Notes under the pieces: generated by a model
Databases searched by the model: none
Seen by the model: the letters and a program-made list of their open reading frames with translations, nothing else
What the model was told of the DNA's origin: nothing
Made by a program: the position numbers and the translations under genes
From: an uncultured Flavobacteriales bacterium
GTDB taxonomy: Bacteria; Bacteroidota; Bacteroidia; Flavobacteriales_D; Crocinitomicaceae
Direction: 5' to 3'
Assembly: GCA_963926475.1 (NCBI GenBank)
Contig: CAWUXE010000001.1
Span: 24,820 to 88,819 of the forward strand
DNA length: 64,000 nucleotides
Part shown: piece by piece, positions 9,212 through 18,626 of the stretch
How positions within the stretch are numbered: the first letter of the stretch is position 1
Layout of the letters: each line of letters begins with the position of its first letter

Positions 9212-10279
9212 ATGGGTTTATTTAGCCGAAAAAAGAAAGAAAACAAAATTCCACGCGGATTTTATACCTTAAGCATTAAAGAACTTCGCCATTTGACGGA
9301 AGATGCTGTGCAAGTTGTATTGGATATTCCTGGTGATTTAAAAGATAAATTCACCTTCATTCCAGGACAATATTTGAACTTTTCGATCACCTTAAATGGT
9401 GAAGAACATAGACGTTCTTATTCTATTTGCAGCGGAACGGGTGAAGATCTTTCGATTGGGGTAAAAGCAATTGAAAAAGGTCTTATTTCGAATTATTTCA
9501 AAAAAGACATCAAAGTAGGTGACGCTATTATGTGTAGTCGTCCAGAAGGGAATTTTAAGTTGGAGGACAAAGATCGTGATGTTGTTGCATTTGCCGGTGG
9601 AAGTGGGATTACACCTATTTTATCAATTGCAAAGAAACTGCAACAAACCGGGGGTGACATGCACTTGGTTTACGGAAATCAGACTGAAGATGCGACGATG
9701 TTCAAATCTGAAATTGATGCACTATCTAAAGTAGCAACGAATTTCTATTATCAAAATTCAGACTCAGATCACCCAAGAGTGGGACTTTTGGATAGAGAAA
9801 CTATAGATGCATACATCAAAGAGCACATCGAGATTTTAAAAGCAGATGCTTTTTTCCTTTGTGGTCCTTTGGCGATGATTGAAGGTGTTCAGGAAAAACT
9901 GGCTGAATTTGGAGTGCCAAAAGAAAAGATTAAACTTGAACTTTTTAGCGCACCGACGCCTGACGCAGTGAAACCTTCCGTTAGTGATTCCGAAGAAATT
10001 GATAGTGACGTAACAATAATTTTGGAAGGTGAATCCATTCCCATTCATTACACACCAAAAGGAAAAGGAATTTTAGATCAATTGAATTCTAAAGGTTACG
10101 ATCCACCCTACTCTTGTCGTGGCGGAGTTTGTAGCTCGTGTAAATCAAAAGTAAGAGAAGGTTCAGCGAAAATGAAATTGAATTATTCATTGACCGACGA
10201 AGAAGTGGCCGAAGGTTACATTCTATGTTGTCAAGCCATTCCAACCTCTGATAAAGTAACCATCTCATTCGATGAATAA
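9212..10279 (+). CDS. Ferredoxin-NAD(P) reductase with C-terminal 2Fe-2S domain (PaaE/PaaK-like), paralog 2
   Basis: RRSYSICS, GGSGITP, CRGGVCSSCK. Same 355-aa length and same SFDE C-terminus as the upstream gene. Confidence 0.85.
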   Translation: MGLFSRKKKENKIPRGFYTLSIKELRHLTEDAVQVVLDIPGDLKDKFTFIPGQYLNFSITLNGEEHRRSYSICSGTGEDLSIGVKAIEKGLISNYFKKDIKVGDAIMCSRPEGNFKLEDKDRDVVAFAGGSGITPILSIAKKLQQTGGDMHLVYGNQTEDATMFKSEIDALSKVATNFYYQNSDSDHPRVGLLDRETIDAYIKEHIEILKADAFFLCGPLAMIEGVQEKLAEFGVPKEKIKLELFSAPTPDAVKPSVSDSEEIDSDVTIILEGESIPIHYTPKGKGILDQLNSKGYDPPYSCRGGVCSSCKSKVREGSAKMKLNYSLTDEEVAEGYILCCQAIPTSDKVTISFDE

Positions 10280-10952
10280 AATCGTTGTCATAGGAACTAG
10301 TAGGGGAATCGGCAAGGAATTGGTCCTTGAGTTGGCGAGCAATCCCGACAATGAAGTTTATGCTCTTTCTAGAAGCAACAACGACGCATTTTCGGCACAT
10401 ACCAATATTCTTTTTCATTCTTTCGATCTAGAATCTCCCACTGTTCGTGCTGATGCGAAAGCGATTTTCGAAACTATTGGCACTATAAATTTTATGGTGA
10501 ATAACGCAGGTAAACTGGTCAACAAACCATTTACCGAAATCACGGCTGAAGAACTTCAATCGTGTTATCAAGTAAACATTCTCGGTATTTTTCAGACCAT
10601 GCAAGCTGCCTTACCTTTTTTGAATGAAAACGGTTGTCATGTTGTCAATATCAGTTCAATGGGCGGATATCAAGGCAGTTTGAAGTTTCCTGGTTTGAGC
10701 GCTTATTCTACCTCTAAAGCGGCCATTTGTAGTTTCACTGAACTCTTTTCGGAAGAATACAAAGACACAAAAATCGCCATGAATTGTCTCTGTCTTGGAG
10801 CTGTTCAAACAGAAATGTTGGAAGAGGCCTTTCCAGGCTATGAAGCGCCGCATCAACCGAGTGAAATGGCAAAGTTCATAGCCGATTTTCTTTATACAGG
10901 ATACAAATTCTTCCAAGGTAAAATTTTACCGGTTTCTATTTCCAATCCTTAG
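10272..10952 (+). CDS. Short-chain dehydrogenase/reductase (SDR) family oxidoreductase
   Basis: GTSRGIGKEL cofactor motif, NNAG, YSTSKAA catalytic YxxxK. Overlaps the upstream gene by 8 nt. Confidence 0.85.
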   Translation: MNKIVVIGTSRGIGKELVLELASNPDNEVYALSRSNNDAFSAHTNILFHSFDLESPTVRADAKAIFETIGTINFMVNNAGKLVNKPFTEITAEELQSCYQVNILGIFQTMQAALPFLNENGCHVVNISSMGGYQGSLKFPGLSAYSTSKAAICSFTELFSEEYKDTKIAMNCLCLGAVQTEMLEEAFPGYEAPHQPSEMAKFIADFLYTGYKFFQGKILPVSISNP

Positions 10953-11027
10953 TCCTGCGATTCACATTAGGTAGGACTCCTTTTTTCTTTTGTCGAGGGC
11001 TTTTTTTTACGTAATTTCATGGTGGTA

Positions 11028-12041
11028 ATGAAAAGTCAAATTCTATTCTTTATTCTGTTCACGTGTATTTCATTCAATAAAAATTGGGCGCAAGACATTC
11101 ATTGGTCACAGTTTCCAGACAATCCAATCTACCAAAGTCCAGGTCAAGCCGGGAATTTTAAGGGTGATTTTCGATTTATTGCCAATTATCGCGATCAATG
11201 GCGCAGCGTTACCGTTCCCTTTCAAACCTTGTCTGTTTCAGCTGATAGTAGACTTCTCACAAAAGAGCAAAAAGAAATTGGTTATGGCCTACTTGTATTT
11301 CACGATGTTGTTGGTGATGGTCAATTGCGAACACTCGAAATTCAAGGCAATGTAAATGTATTGATTCCTTTGAACAAGGATTCGAGTTTTTCTATCCGAC
11401 CTGGGATCAATTTAGGCATGAACCAACGTCGACTCAACGCGAATCAATTCTATTTTGATAATCAGTTCAATGGGATTGAGTTTGATCCTGGATTGTCCAC
11501 CAACGAGGTTTTTCAGATCGAAAGCAAAACGAATTTATCGACGGGAATAGGCACTGTTTTCGACTGGGAAATTAATTCGAAAGGGAAATTGAACTCTGGT
11601 ATTGGCTTCTACAATCTAAATCGTCCCAACCAAGGTTTTTTCGGACAGAAAATTACGCGTGATATTCGCACCAATGTTTTTGCCAACTATGAGCATCATT
11701 TGCGATCTAATTTATTTTTGAAACCATCGGCTAATATTTCGTTACAAGGAAAGTATCGTGAAGTCGTTTTGGGATCGTCGATAAAATATGTTTTAAACAA
11801 TCAGAAAGTGGTGTACAGAGCTGTGCAAGGTGGAGTTTGGTATCGATTGAAAGACGCAATGTATTTCTCGGCAGGAATGGATTATCAGAATTGGTTCTTT
11901 GGCATAAGTTATGATTTGAATTTTTCAAAACTCACACAAGCCAGTGGTGCTCGTGGAGGAATCGAATTTGCGGTTCGTTATATTTTAACTTCTGTGAAAC
12001 CTAAAAAAATAATACACCGGGTATGTCCAGATTATATCTAA
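11028..12041 (+). CDS. PorP/SprF-family type IX secretion system membrane protein
   Basis: Signal peptide, then AQDIHWSQF..NPIYQSPGQAG...YRDQWRSV..PFQT, the characteristic N-terminal pattern of the PorP/SprF family. About 335 aa beta-barrel size. Confidence 0.8.
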   Translation: MKSQILFFILFTCISFNKNWAQDIHWSQFPDNPIYQSPGQAGNFKGDFRFIANYRDQWRSVTVPFQTLSVSADSRLLTKEQKEIGYGLLVFHDVVGDGQLRTLEIQGNVNVLIPLNKDSSFSIRPGINLGMNQRRLNANQFYFDNQFNGIEFDPGLSTNEVFQIESKTNLSTGIGTVFDWEINSKGKLNSGIGFYNLNRPNQGFFGQKITRDIRTNVFANYEHHLRSNLFLKPSANISLQGKYREVVLGSSIKYVLNNQKVVYRAVQGGVWYRLKDAMYFSAGMDYQNWFFGISYDLNFSKLTQASGARGGIEFAVRYILTSVKPKKIIHRVCPDYI

Positions 12042-14260
12042 TCCTTTTCTTGGTTTTTGGGTGCGCGACGAATAGTTTCGGCCAATCGGAATTGAGCAAA
12101 TACCTCAAGTACGCGGAAGAACAATTTCAAAAAGGCGATTATTATTATTCCCTCGATTATTACCAAAAAGCGATGGCGATTGACTCCAATTCTGTCGATA
12201 TTCTTTGGAATTACGCTGAAACGCTTCGTGCGTATAAGGATTATAAAAAAGCCGAATATTATTACGAGAAAGTCTATAAACGGGAAGAAACGTTGATTCA
12301 TCCAGCAAGTTTGCTCCAATTGGGATTGATGCAAAAGCAGAACGGAAAATATGAGGAGGCGTTAGAAACTTTCAAAAAATCCAAAAAGAAATACGCAAAA
12401 GACAAAAAAGGATATTTCTATCAAAAGTCGAGACGCGAAATCGAGAGCTGCTTGTGGGCAAAAGAACAATTTGAAGGGAAATATCCTATCGCTCCTTTGG
12501 CAAGCACAGTGAACTCAGAAGATGCGGAATTTGGCCACATGGTGCTCAATGGGAAATTAATTTTCTCTTCTCTTAAGGCAGATTCTATTTCAAGTAATGA
12601 GGAAGTCTATTCAAAGATTTATCGAACCTTGCTTTATCAGCAAGACTTGACAAATACAGGAAATGAAAAGCCAGAGTTGATTGAAAGTTTGTATTTCGAT
12701 AATATGAGTGCTGGAAACGGCGTTTTCTCACTCGATAGCTCACGCTACTATTTCAGTTTGTGCTCGGATGATGGCCACAACTACCGTTGTAAAATAATGG
12801 TTACGCAATACCGAAACGGAAAATGGTTTGGTGCCGATTCTCTTGGATCTATCATTAATGAATCGGGCAGCAACACAACCATGCCTGCCATTTCCGATTG
12901 GGATGGAAAGGAAATTTTGATTTTTGCCAGCGATAGAGATGGAACCGAAGGAGGTTTGGATTTGTGGTATTCTGAAATAAAAAACGGCAATCAATACGGG
13001 AAAGTCAGAAACATAAAATCGCTCAATTCTCTCGACAATGAAACTTCACCTTGGTGGGATAAGCAAACCAAAACTTTGTATTTTTCCAGTTCTTGGTACG
13101 ACGGAATGGGTGGTTTGGACATTTTTTCATCGCAATACGACGAGAAACTAGGTGAACCTGTCAATTTGGGACTCCCGTACAACAGTCCAGCGAATGATTT
13201 GTATTTCTTTATCGATGCGAATAATCACTATTTAACAAGCAATCGTTTGGGTGTAAATTATAGCAAAAACCCAACGTGCTGCAGCGATATTTTCAAGATT
13301 GAGTTCCCGGAAATAAAACCGCCTATCACCAAAGAAGAAACATTGGCCGAACTCAGTAAGCGACTTCCGGTGACGCTTTATTTCCACAACGATGTGCCTA
13401 ATCCACGGAGTACATTGCCAACTTCAGAAGTGAACTATATCAATAGCTACAACGATTATAGAGAGATGTTGTACAAATACCAAAACGAATATTCAAGCGG
13501 ACTGACAGGCGAAAAATCGGATGATGCAAAAGAGGACATCGAAAGTTTCTTTGTAGAATACGTCGATCAAGGTGTCAAGGATTTGAATCAATTCCGAGAT
13601 GTATTATTCGATGTGCTTTCAAAAGGCGCGAAAATCAACTTAACGATTAAAGGATTTGCCTCTCCACTCGCTAAAAGTGATTACAATGTCAACCTTACAA
13701 AAAGAAGAATCGTCTCTCTCATCAATTATTTGAACGCATATGAGGGTGGTGTTTTTAAAGAATACATTTCTCAAAAAGCTACCAATGGTGGGAAATTAAC
13801 CTTCACTGAAGTTCCATTTGGAGAATACACGGCAAATACTTTGGTGAGTGACAATTTAAATGATCAAAAAAACTCGGTGTATTCTCGGGCGGCTGGACTT
13901 GAACGGAAAATAGAAATTCAAAGTGTTCAGTTTATAAAAGACAGTATTGTCGATTTACCGATGACCGCAAATGAAAACATAAGAGACATTGGCATCATTG
14001 CTAAAAACAAAAAAGTGGAAATTTCTTATACGGTCACCAATACAAATGATCATTCTATTGAATTACTCCCTCCTCGTTCGCCCTGCGATTGCAGTGTGGT
14101 AGAATTAGAGAAATCTAAATTATTGCCTGGTGAATCTACTGTTGTAAAAGTGGTTTTTGACCCTACCAATTATGATGGAAAGGTGGTGAAGTCCGTCTAT
14201 TTAAAATCCAAAAATAGCGAAGAAGAAATTCGTCTAGTTTTGACAGGAACAATACAATAA
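12023..14260 (+). CDS. Multidomain envelope protein: TPR repeats, TolB-like beta-propeller repeats, OmpA-like domain, C-terminal DUF1573-like domain
   Basis: Signal peptide. TPR-like YYYSLDYYQKAMAID. Propeller-like FASDRDGTEGGLDLWYSE. OmpA-like KGFASPLAKSDYNVNLTKRRIVSLINYL. C-terminal PCDCSVVE...LPGESTVVKVVFDP. Confidence 0.7.
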   Translation: MSRLYLILFLVFGCATNSFGQSELSKYLKYAEEQFQKGDYYYSLDYYQKAMAIDSNSVDILWNYAETLRAYKDYKKAEYYYEKVYKREETLIHPASLLQLGLMQKQNGKYEEALETFKKSKKKYAKDKKGYFYQKSRREIESCLWAKEQFEGKYPIAPLASTVNSEDAEFGHMVLNGKLIFSSLKADSISSNEEVYSKIYRTLLYQQDLTNTGNEKPELIESLYFDNMSAGNGVFSLDSSRYYFSLCSDDGHNYRCKIMVTQYRNGKWFGADSLGSIINESGSNTTMPAISDWDGKEILIFASDRDGTEGGLDLWYSEIKNGNQYGKVRNIKSLNSLDNETSPWWDKQTKTLYFSSSWYDGMGGLDIFSSQYDEKLGEPVNLGLPYNSPANDLYFFIDANNHYLTSNRLGVNYSKNPTCCSDIFKIEFPEIKPPITKEETLAELSKRLPVTLYFHNDVPNPRSTLPTSEVNYINSYNDYREMLYKYQNEYSSGLTGEKSDDAKEDIESFFVEYVDQGVKDLNQFRDVLFDVLSKGAKINLTIKGFASPLAKSDYNVNLTKRRIVSLINYLNAYEGGVFKEYISQKATNGGKLTFTEVPFGEYTANTLVSDNLNDQKNSVYSRAAGLERKIEIQSVQFIKDSIVDLPMTANENIRDIGIIAKNKKVEISYTVTNTNDHSIELLPPRSPCDCSVVELEKSKLLPGESTVVKVVFDPTNYDGKVVKSVYLKSKNSEEEIRLVLTGTIQ

Positions 14261-14284
14261 TAGCGGCTAAAAAATAGATTCTTT

Positions 14285-14292
14285 TAACTTTG
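14285..14292 (+). promoter_or_regulatory. -7 promoter box TAACTTTG
   Basis: TAnnTTTG match 16 nt upstream of the ATG at 14308. Confidence 0.4.
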
Positions 14293-14307
14293 TACAAAAC
14301 CCAATTA

Positions 14308-15489
14308 ATGAGTGAAGAAACATCGGTTGTAGTTATGGCGCCAAGAGAAAGGTTAAAGTTTATCGACATGGCCCGTTCTATCGCAATTTTGCTGATGTTG
14401 GAAGGTCATTTTATAGGACTTACACTAAACGATGCGTACCGAAATGATGAAAACGCAATTTATGCTGCTTGGAATTTCGTGCGAGGTTTCACTGCTCCCA
14501 TGTTCTTTACGGTTACGGGACTGGTATTCGTGTACTTGCTTACGAACAATATGCAAGCTGGGTATTTCACAAACAAAAGGGTCAAAAAAGGGTTTCGACG
14601 CTCGTTAGAATTATTGTTTTGGGGCTATTTCTTACAAACGAACCTTCAAAACCTTCCTGAATATTTGTTGGGAAATATTAGTAATTGGGTGACTGCTTTT
14701 CACGTATTACAGAGTATTGGTATTGCGATTGCATTTATTCTGTTGATTTTCGGACTATATAAATTAATCGGAAAAGGTCCGCTCTGGTTGTATTATTTTC
14801 TCGCGGCCACCACACTTTTCGCTTTCTATCCTTATTTGAAAAATCTTCCTGAAGGCGTCTATTTGTTGAATGGTTGGCCTGAAATCCTTCAAAACATGGT
14901 CAAAGGCCCGAATAGTGTTTTCCCCATCGTACCTTGGGTTGCATTTTCTCTTTATGGCGGAATGGTGGGTGCCTTATTGAATAAGTTCCATCATTATGTC
15001 CGAAAAGACTGGTTCCCAATTACCTTCATCGGTTTAGGTTTAACACTTAACCTATTCGGCTACAGCATTTTCGAAGCGGTTGATGCGGGGTTCAGATATA
15101 TCCATCCTGAAAGTCCAATTGATTTATCGTTCAACGCATGGCTTTATGGACGTTTAGGGCAAGTTCTAATTGTAATTGGGCTGTTGATGATTATTGAAAA
15201 ATACCTACACGTGAAAGACTCACTTTTCCTAAAAGTAGGTCAAAACACTCTGCAAATTTACATTGTGCATGTTATCGTTCTATATAGTGGAATCTTCGGA
15301 ATTGGCTTAAACCAATACTTCAAGAATGCCTTTAACCCATACCAAGCGATTGGAGCCGCCATTTGTTTCATCACCGTATTCGTAATCTTCACCAAATACT
15401 TGGAACCACTAACGGTTATTTACGATAAGTTTAAATGGTATTTGTTCTATCCATTCCGAAAGGTGAAAAAAGCGATTTTTAAAGCTTAG
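14308..15489 (+). CDS. Polytopic membrane acyltransferase-like protein (DUF1624 / heparan-alpha-glucosaminide N-acetyltransferase-like)
   Basis: RLKFIDMARSIAILLMLEGHF N-terminal motif and about 10 predicted TM segments. Start could be 14308 or 14335. Confidence 0.65.
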   Translation: MSEETSVVVMAPRERLKFIDMARSIAILLMLEGHFIGLTLNDAYRNDENAIYAAWNFVRGFTAPMFFTVTGLVFVYLLTNNMQAGYFTNKRVKKGFRRSLELLFWGYFLQTNLQNLPEYLLGNISNWVTAFHVLQSIGIAIAFILLIFGLYKLIGKGPLWLYYFLAATTLFAFYPYLKNLPEGVYLLNGWPEILQNMVKGPNSVFPIVPWVAFSLYGGMVGALLNKFHHYVRKDWFPITFIGLGLTLNLFGYSIFEAVDAGFRYIHPESPIDLSFNAWLYGRLGQVLIVIGLLMIIEKYLHVKDSLFLKVGQNTLQIYIVHVIVLYSGIFGIGLNQYFKNAFNPYQAIGAAICFITVFVIFTKYLEPLTVIYDKFKWYLFYPFRKVKKAIFKA

Positions 15490-16568
15490 CTTTTCTTCTT
15501 CGGCTTATTTCCTTTGGTCGGTTTAATTTTCGGCTTACGCGTCGGTTTCTTTGGAGCAGTGAATTTCACCTTGCGCATTATTTCTCTTGTCCCACATTCG
15601 TCCTCCACATTTAAAAGAACTTTGTATCTTCCCGATCTTTTGTATTTGTGACTTACCTTTTTATCTGTTGAAGTTGTTCCATCACCAAAATCCCAATTTA
15701 CACTTATCGCATTTTGAAAACTGGCAACCCCTTTTAGCACATATTCACCTTGAGGTGTGGCACTCCAAGTGATACTATGAAAATTTTGACTCAATCTATA
15801 GCGCTCAAAACTCTTAAGGACAAAACCTCCGGCGGCTTTTTGTATAATTGGGGCAATTGCATTGCTAATAGTTGAGGTCATCGCCCCTTCTGGACTTTCT
15901 TTAAAAATAGAAGCATAAAAAGTACACGCCGAAAGATAAGATCCATTTTTACTTGGATGTGCCTTATCCGCATCATACAATTCAATTTCCGGATTACTTT
16001 CACGGACCTTACGCCACACTTTACCAACAGGAACGATAGGAATTTGCAATGAATCACTCAAGTATTGATAACCGTCTGCAATAAGCTCAGACATGGCCTC
16101 ATAGGTATTTGTTTCTTCTCTTTCTTGAAAACCTTCTTTGTACCCCCATGTCATTTGCAACAGAATGTTGGTGCAAGGATTGTTGGCTTTTATTGAATCA
16201 ATAATTGTATTGATATAAGGCATCGTAGCCGTGTCTATATAATCCGGTGAGAACGATAGCTCTCTGCTGTATCCTTGCAGTACAATGCAGTCCCATTGGC
16301 GACTCTTTATGGCTACAAAAAGATCTGGTCGAGTAGTATGTACATTAAATGATGCTCCGCTTCTCGTGTTTTTCTCCACATGAACCGTCTTTCCTTTGGA
16401 TTTACAAATTTTATCAAAAATAGACGGCATCTCATTCATATGGGTATAACTATTACCAACGAATAAAACGCTAAGTTCGTCCTTCTGTCCTTTTTGAGCG
16501 TATGCTTGGGTTCCAAAAAGGAAAGCCAACATAACTCTGAACATTTTTTTCATGAATATTTTCTTCAT
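15486..16568 (-). CDS. Secreted SGNH/DUF4886-like hydrolase with PKD domain and Lys/Pro-rich basic tail
   Basis: Signal peptide. VLFVGNSYTH block. PKD signature WDFGDGTTSTDKKVSHKYKRSGRYKVLLNV. Tail PKKPTRKPKIKPTKGNKPKKKS. Confidence 0.65.
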   Translation of the reverse strand: MKKIFMKKMFRVMLAFLFGTQAYAQKGQKDELSVLFVGNSYTHMNEMPSIFDKICKSKGKTVHVEKNTRSGASFNVHTTRPDLFVAIKSRQWDCIVLQGYSRELSFSPDYIDTATMPYINTIIDSIKANNPCTNILLQMTWGYKEGFQEREETNTYEAMSELIADGYQYLSDSLQIPIVPVGKVWRKVRESNPEIELYDADKAHPSKNGSYLSACTFYASIFKESPEGAMTSTISNAIAPIIQKAAGGFVLKSFERYRLSQNFHSITWSATPQGEYVLKGVASFQNAISVNWDFGDGTTSTDKKVSHKYKRSGRYKVLLNVEDECGTREIMRKVKFTAPKKPTRKPKIKPTKGNKPKKKS

Positions 16569-16587
16569 TCTTGATGGAAATCAAATA

Positions 16588-16983
16588 TCATACCTGAATA
16601 GCTCGAATGCTTGAGGCAATATCTTCGAGTTCAACAGAGGTCAAAGATAATTTCTCCTGCTGGAAATTCATATCCGCTACTGAATTTATTGGAATTAGGT
16701 GAATATGCGCATGCAAAACCTCCAATCCAACGACGGCAACACCAACTTTAGTGCAAGGACAAGCCCCTTTAATTTTCTTCGCTACAGTTTTTGCGAATAC
16801 CATCATTTCACCTAGGCTGTTATCGTCCATATCGAAAACATAATCTACTTCGTTTTTTGGGATTACTAAAACATGCCCTTTACGCAGTGGAAATACATCT
16901 AGAAATGCAAGATGATTATCATCTTCATGCACTTTATGCGATGGAATCTCGCCAGAAACTATTTTTGAAAAGATGGTGCTCAT
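16588..16983 (-). CDS. HIT-family (histidine triad) nucleotide-binding protein
   Basis: HAHIHLIP histidine-triad motif. 131 aa. 4-nt overlap with greA. Confidence 0.9.
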   Translation of the reverse strand: MSTIFSKIVSGEIPSHKVHEDDNHLAFLDVFPLRKGHVLVIPKNEVDYVFDMDDNSLGEMMVFAKTVAKKIKGACPCTKVGVAVVGLEVLHAHIHLIPINSVADMNFQQEKLSLTSVELEDIASSIRAIQV

Positions 16984-17456
16984 CCTCTTGAAATTTCCAT
17001 TATTTCAAACTGAATGATTCCATTTGGCGTTTCCACATCTGCCAGGTCGCCTTTCGACTTCCCTAATAATCCTTTTCCAATTGGTGAATCAACTGAAATC
17101 TTCTTGGCTTTGAGATCTGCTTCATTTTCAGCCACAAGTGTGTATTCCATTTCCATATCGTTCTTGATGTTTTTAATCTTCACTTTAGATAGAATAAAAA
17201 CTCTCGAATTATCAATATTCGATTCATCGATTAGACGTGCATTGCCAAGAACGACTTCCAATTTTGAAATCTTCATCTCTAATAAACCTTGTGCTTCTTT
17301 TGCGGCATCATATTCTGCATTCTCGGACAAATCACCTTTGTCACGGGCCTCCCCTATTTGGGCGCTTATTGAAGGTCTTTGCACAGTTTTCATATCGTGC
17401 AATTCATTTTTTAATTTTTGAAGTCCTTCAGCTGTATAATAAGAAATTTGAGACAT
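16980..17456 (-). CDS. greA: Transcription elongation factor GreA
   Basis: N-terminal coiled coil with DLSENAEYDAAKEAQ, 158 aa, typical GreA length. Confidence 0.95.
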   Translation of the reverse strand: MSQISYYTAEGLQKLKNELHDMKTVQRPSISAQIGEARDKGDLSENAEYDAAKEAQGLLEMKISKLEVVLGNARLIDESNIDNSRVFILSKVKIKNIKNDMEMEYTLVAENEADLKAKKISVDSPIGKGLLGKSKGDLADVETPNGIIQFEIMEISRG

Positions 17457-17489
17457 ATCGCTTCTTTTTTCGTATTGTTATTAAATGCA

Positions 17490-17518
17490 AACAAGAGAGC
17501 CTTAAGAGCTCTCTTGTT
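17490..17518 (-). terminator. Stem-loop downstream of the PorV-like gene
   Basis: aacaagagagc / gctctcttgtt 11-bp perfect stem with a 7-nt loop. Only a partial T-tract follows on the minus strand. Confidence 0.55.
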
Positions 17519-17542
17519 CAACAAAGATACTAAACGTTTCTT

Positions 17543-18619
17543 TTATTTCAAGTCTATTGTAATACCAAAAGTGTGAACAATTCCAAAAACTCCAGCAAAT
17601 CGAGAGCTATACTCAACTCCTAAAGCTGTTTGATTTTTTCCTACTAATGCATCAACTGAAAATCCAGCTGTTGGTCCAACCATAGCATTTGATCTATTTT
17701 CTGCGGAGAATAAATTTTTCTCATAAACGAATCCAGCTCTTAAATTAAAAGCGAACTTGTCTAAATTCATTCCATAATTTGCTCCTAAGCGAAACTGGTC
17801 ATAGAAAAATGAGTTGGCTGTATAACCAAAGGCTATAATCAACTTACTCTTTTCATCTAAATTAAAGTCATAAGAACCACCAATCGCCAGTAACGATGGT
17901 AACTCATACGCCTGAATTCTTTGGTCTAATGATGTTAAAGCCGACGTTTCATTGTTGTTGGCTTGAAGTGTAAATCCATCGCCTTTATACTTGATTGTCG
18001 GTCCTACATTTTTCAAAGTGATTCCAAATTTCATTTGGTCTTGCTCACCTGTCACATATTGTATACCTGCGTCTAATGCTACTCCATTTCCTCTTACATT
18101 GAAAATACTCTCAGAAAGTACCTTCAAGTTTATTCCAGCATATATGGAACTAGAGAAAGCCTTGGCATAACCAACGTTAACAATATTCGTTCGGGGAGAA
18201 AATGTACCAATTCCACCTTCTGGAATATTTACTGTCGTAACATCAATATCTCCGTAGTTCATGGATTGAACACTTACTGTAAGAACTCCGTCATCTGAAA
18301 TTCGTTGAGCAATACCAGCAGAATAAAATTGTATACCTGCACTACCCATCCAATTTGCGGTGTTGAACTTCAATTGAGTTTTATCAGTAAAAGCCAATCC
18401 TGCGATGTTCAAGTAAGAAGCTTCCAAACCTTTAGCATTTGCAATATTTGCATCACCTAAAGCAGAACTTCTTGCCCATGGATTAACTAAAAGCATACTA
18501 GCTCCACTTGAGCCTACACGATCTTCGTTTCCCGCCGAGGCGAATAATCCGATCATCATGGCCGAGACAAACAAACTTCTTTTCATATTTATGATTGAAT
18601 TTTTCATTTTCTTCTGCAT
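17543..18619 (-). CDS. PorV-like outer-membrane beta-barrel (T9SS PorV/LptO family)
   Basis: Signal peptide, then GASMLLVNPWARSSALGDANIA...NIAGLAF, matching the PorV N-terminal pattern. C-terminal aromatic-rich barrel end. Start uncertain (18619, 18607 or 18586). Confidence 0.7.
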   Translation of the reverse strand: MQKKMKNSIINMKRSLFVSAMMIGLFASAGNEDRVGSSGASMLLVNPWARSSALGDANIANAKGLEASYLNIAGLAFTDKTQLKFNTANWMGSAGIQFYSAGIAQRISDDGVLTVSVQSMNYGDIDVTTVNIPEGGIGTFSPRTNIVNVGYAKAFSSSIYAGINLKVLSESIFNVRGNGVALDAGIQYVTGEQDQMKFGITLKNVGPTIKYKGDGFTLQANNNETSALTSLDQRIQAYELPSLLAIGGSYDFNLDEKSKLIIAFGYTANSFFYDQFRLGANYGMNLDKFAFNLRAGFVYEKNLFSAENRSNAMVGPTAGFSVDALVGKNQTALGVEYSSRFAGVFGIVHTFGITIDLK

Positions 18620-18626
18620 TTCTAAA

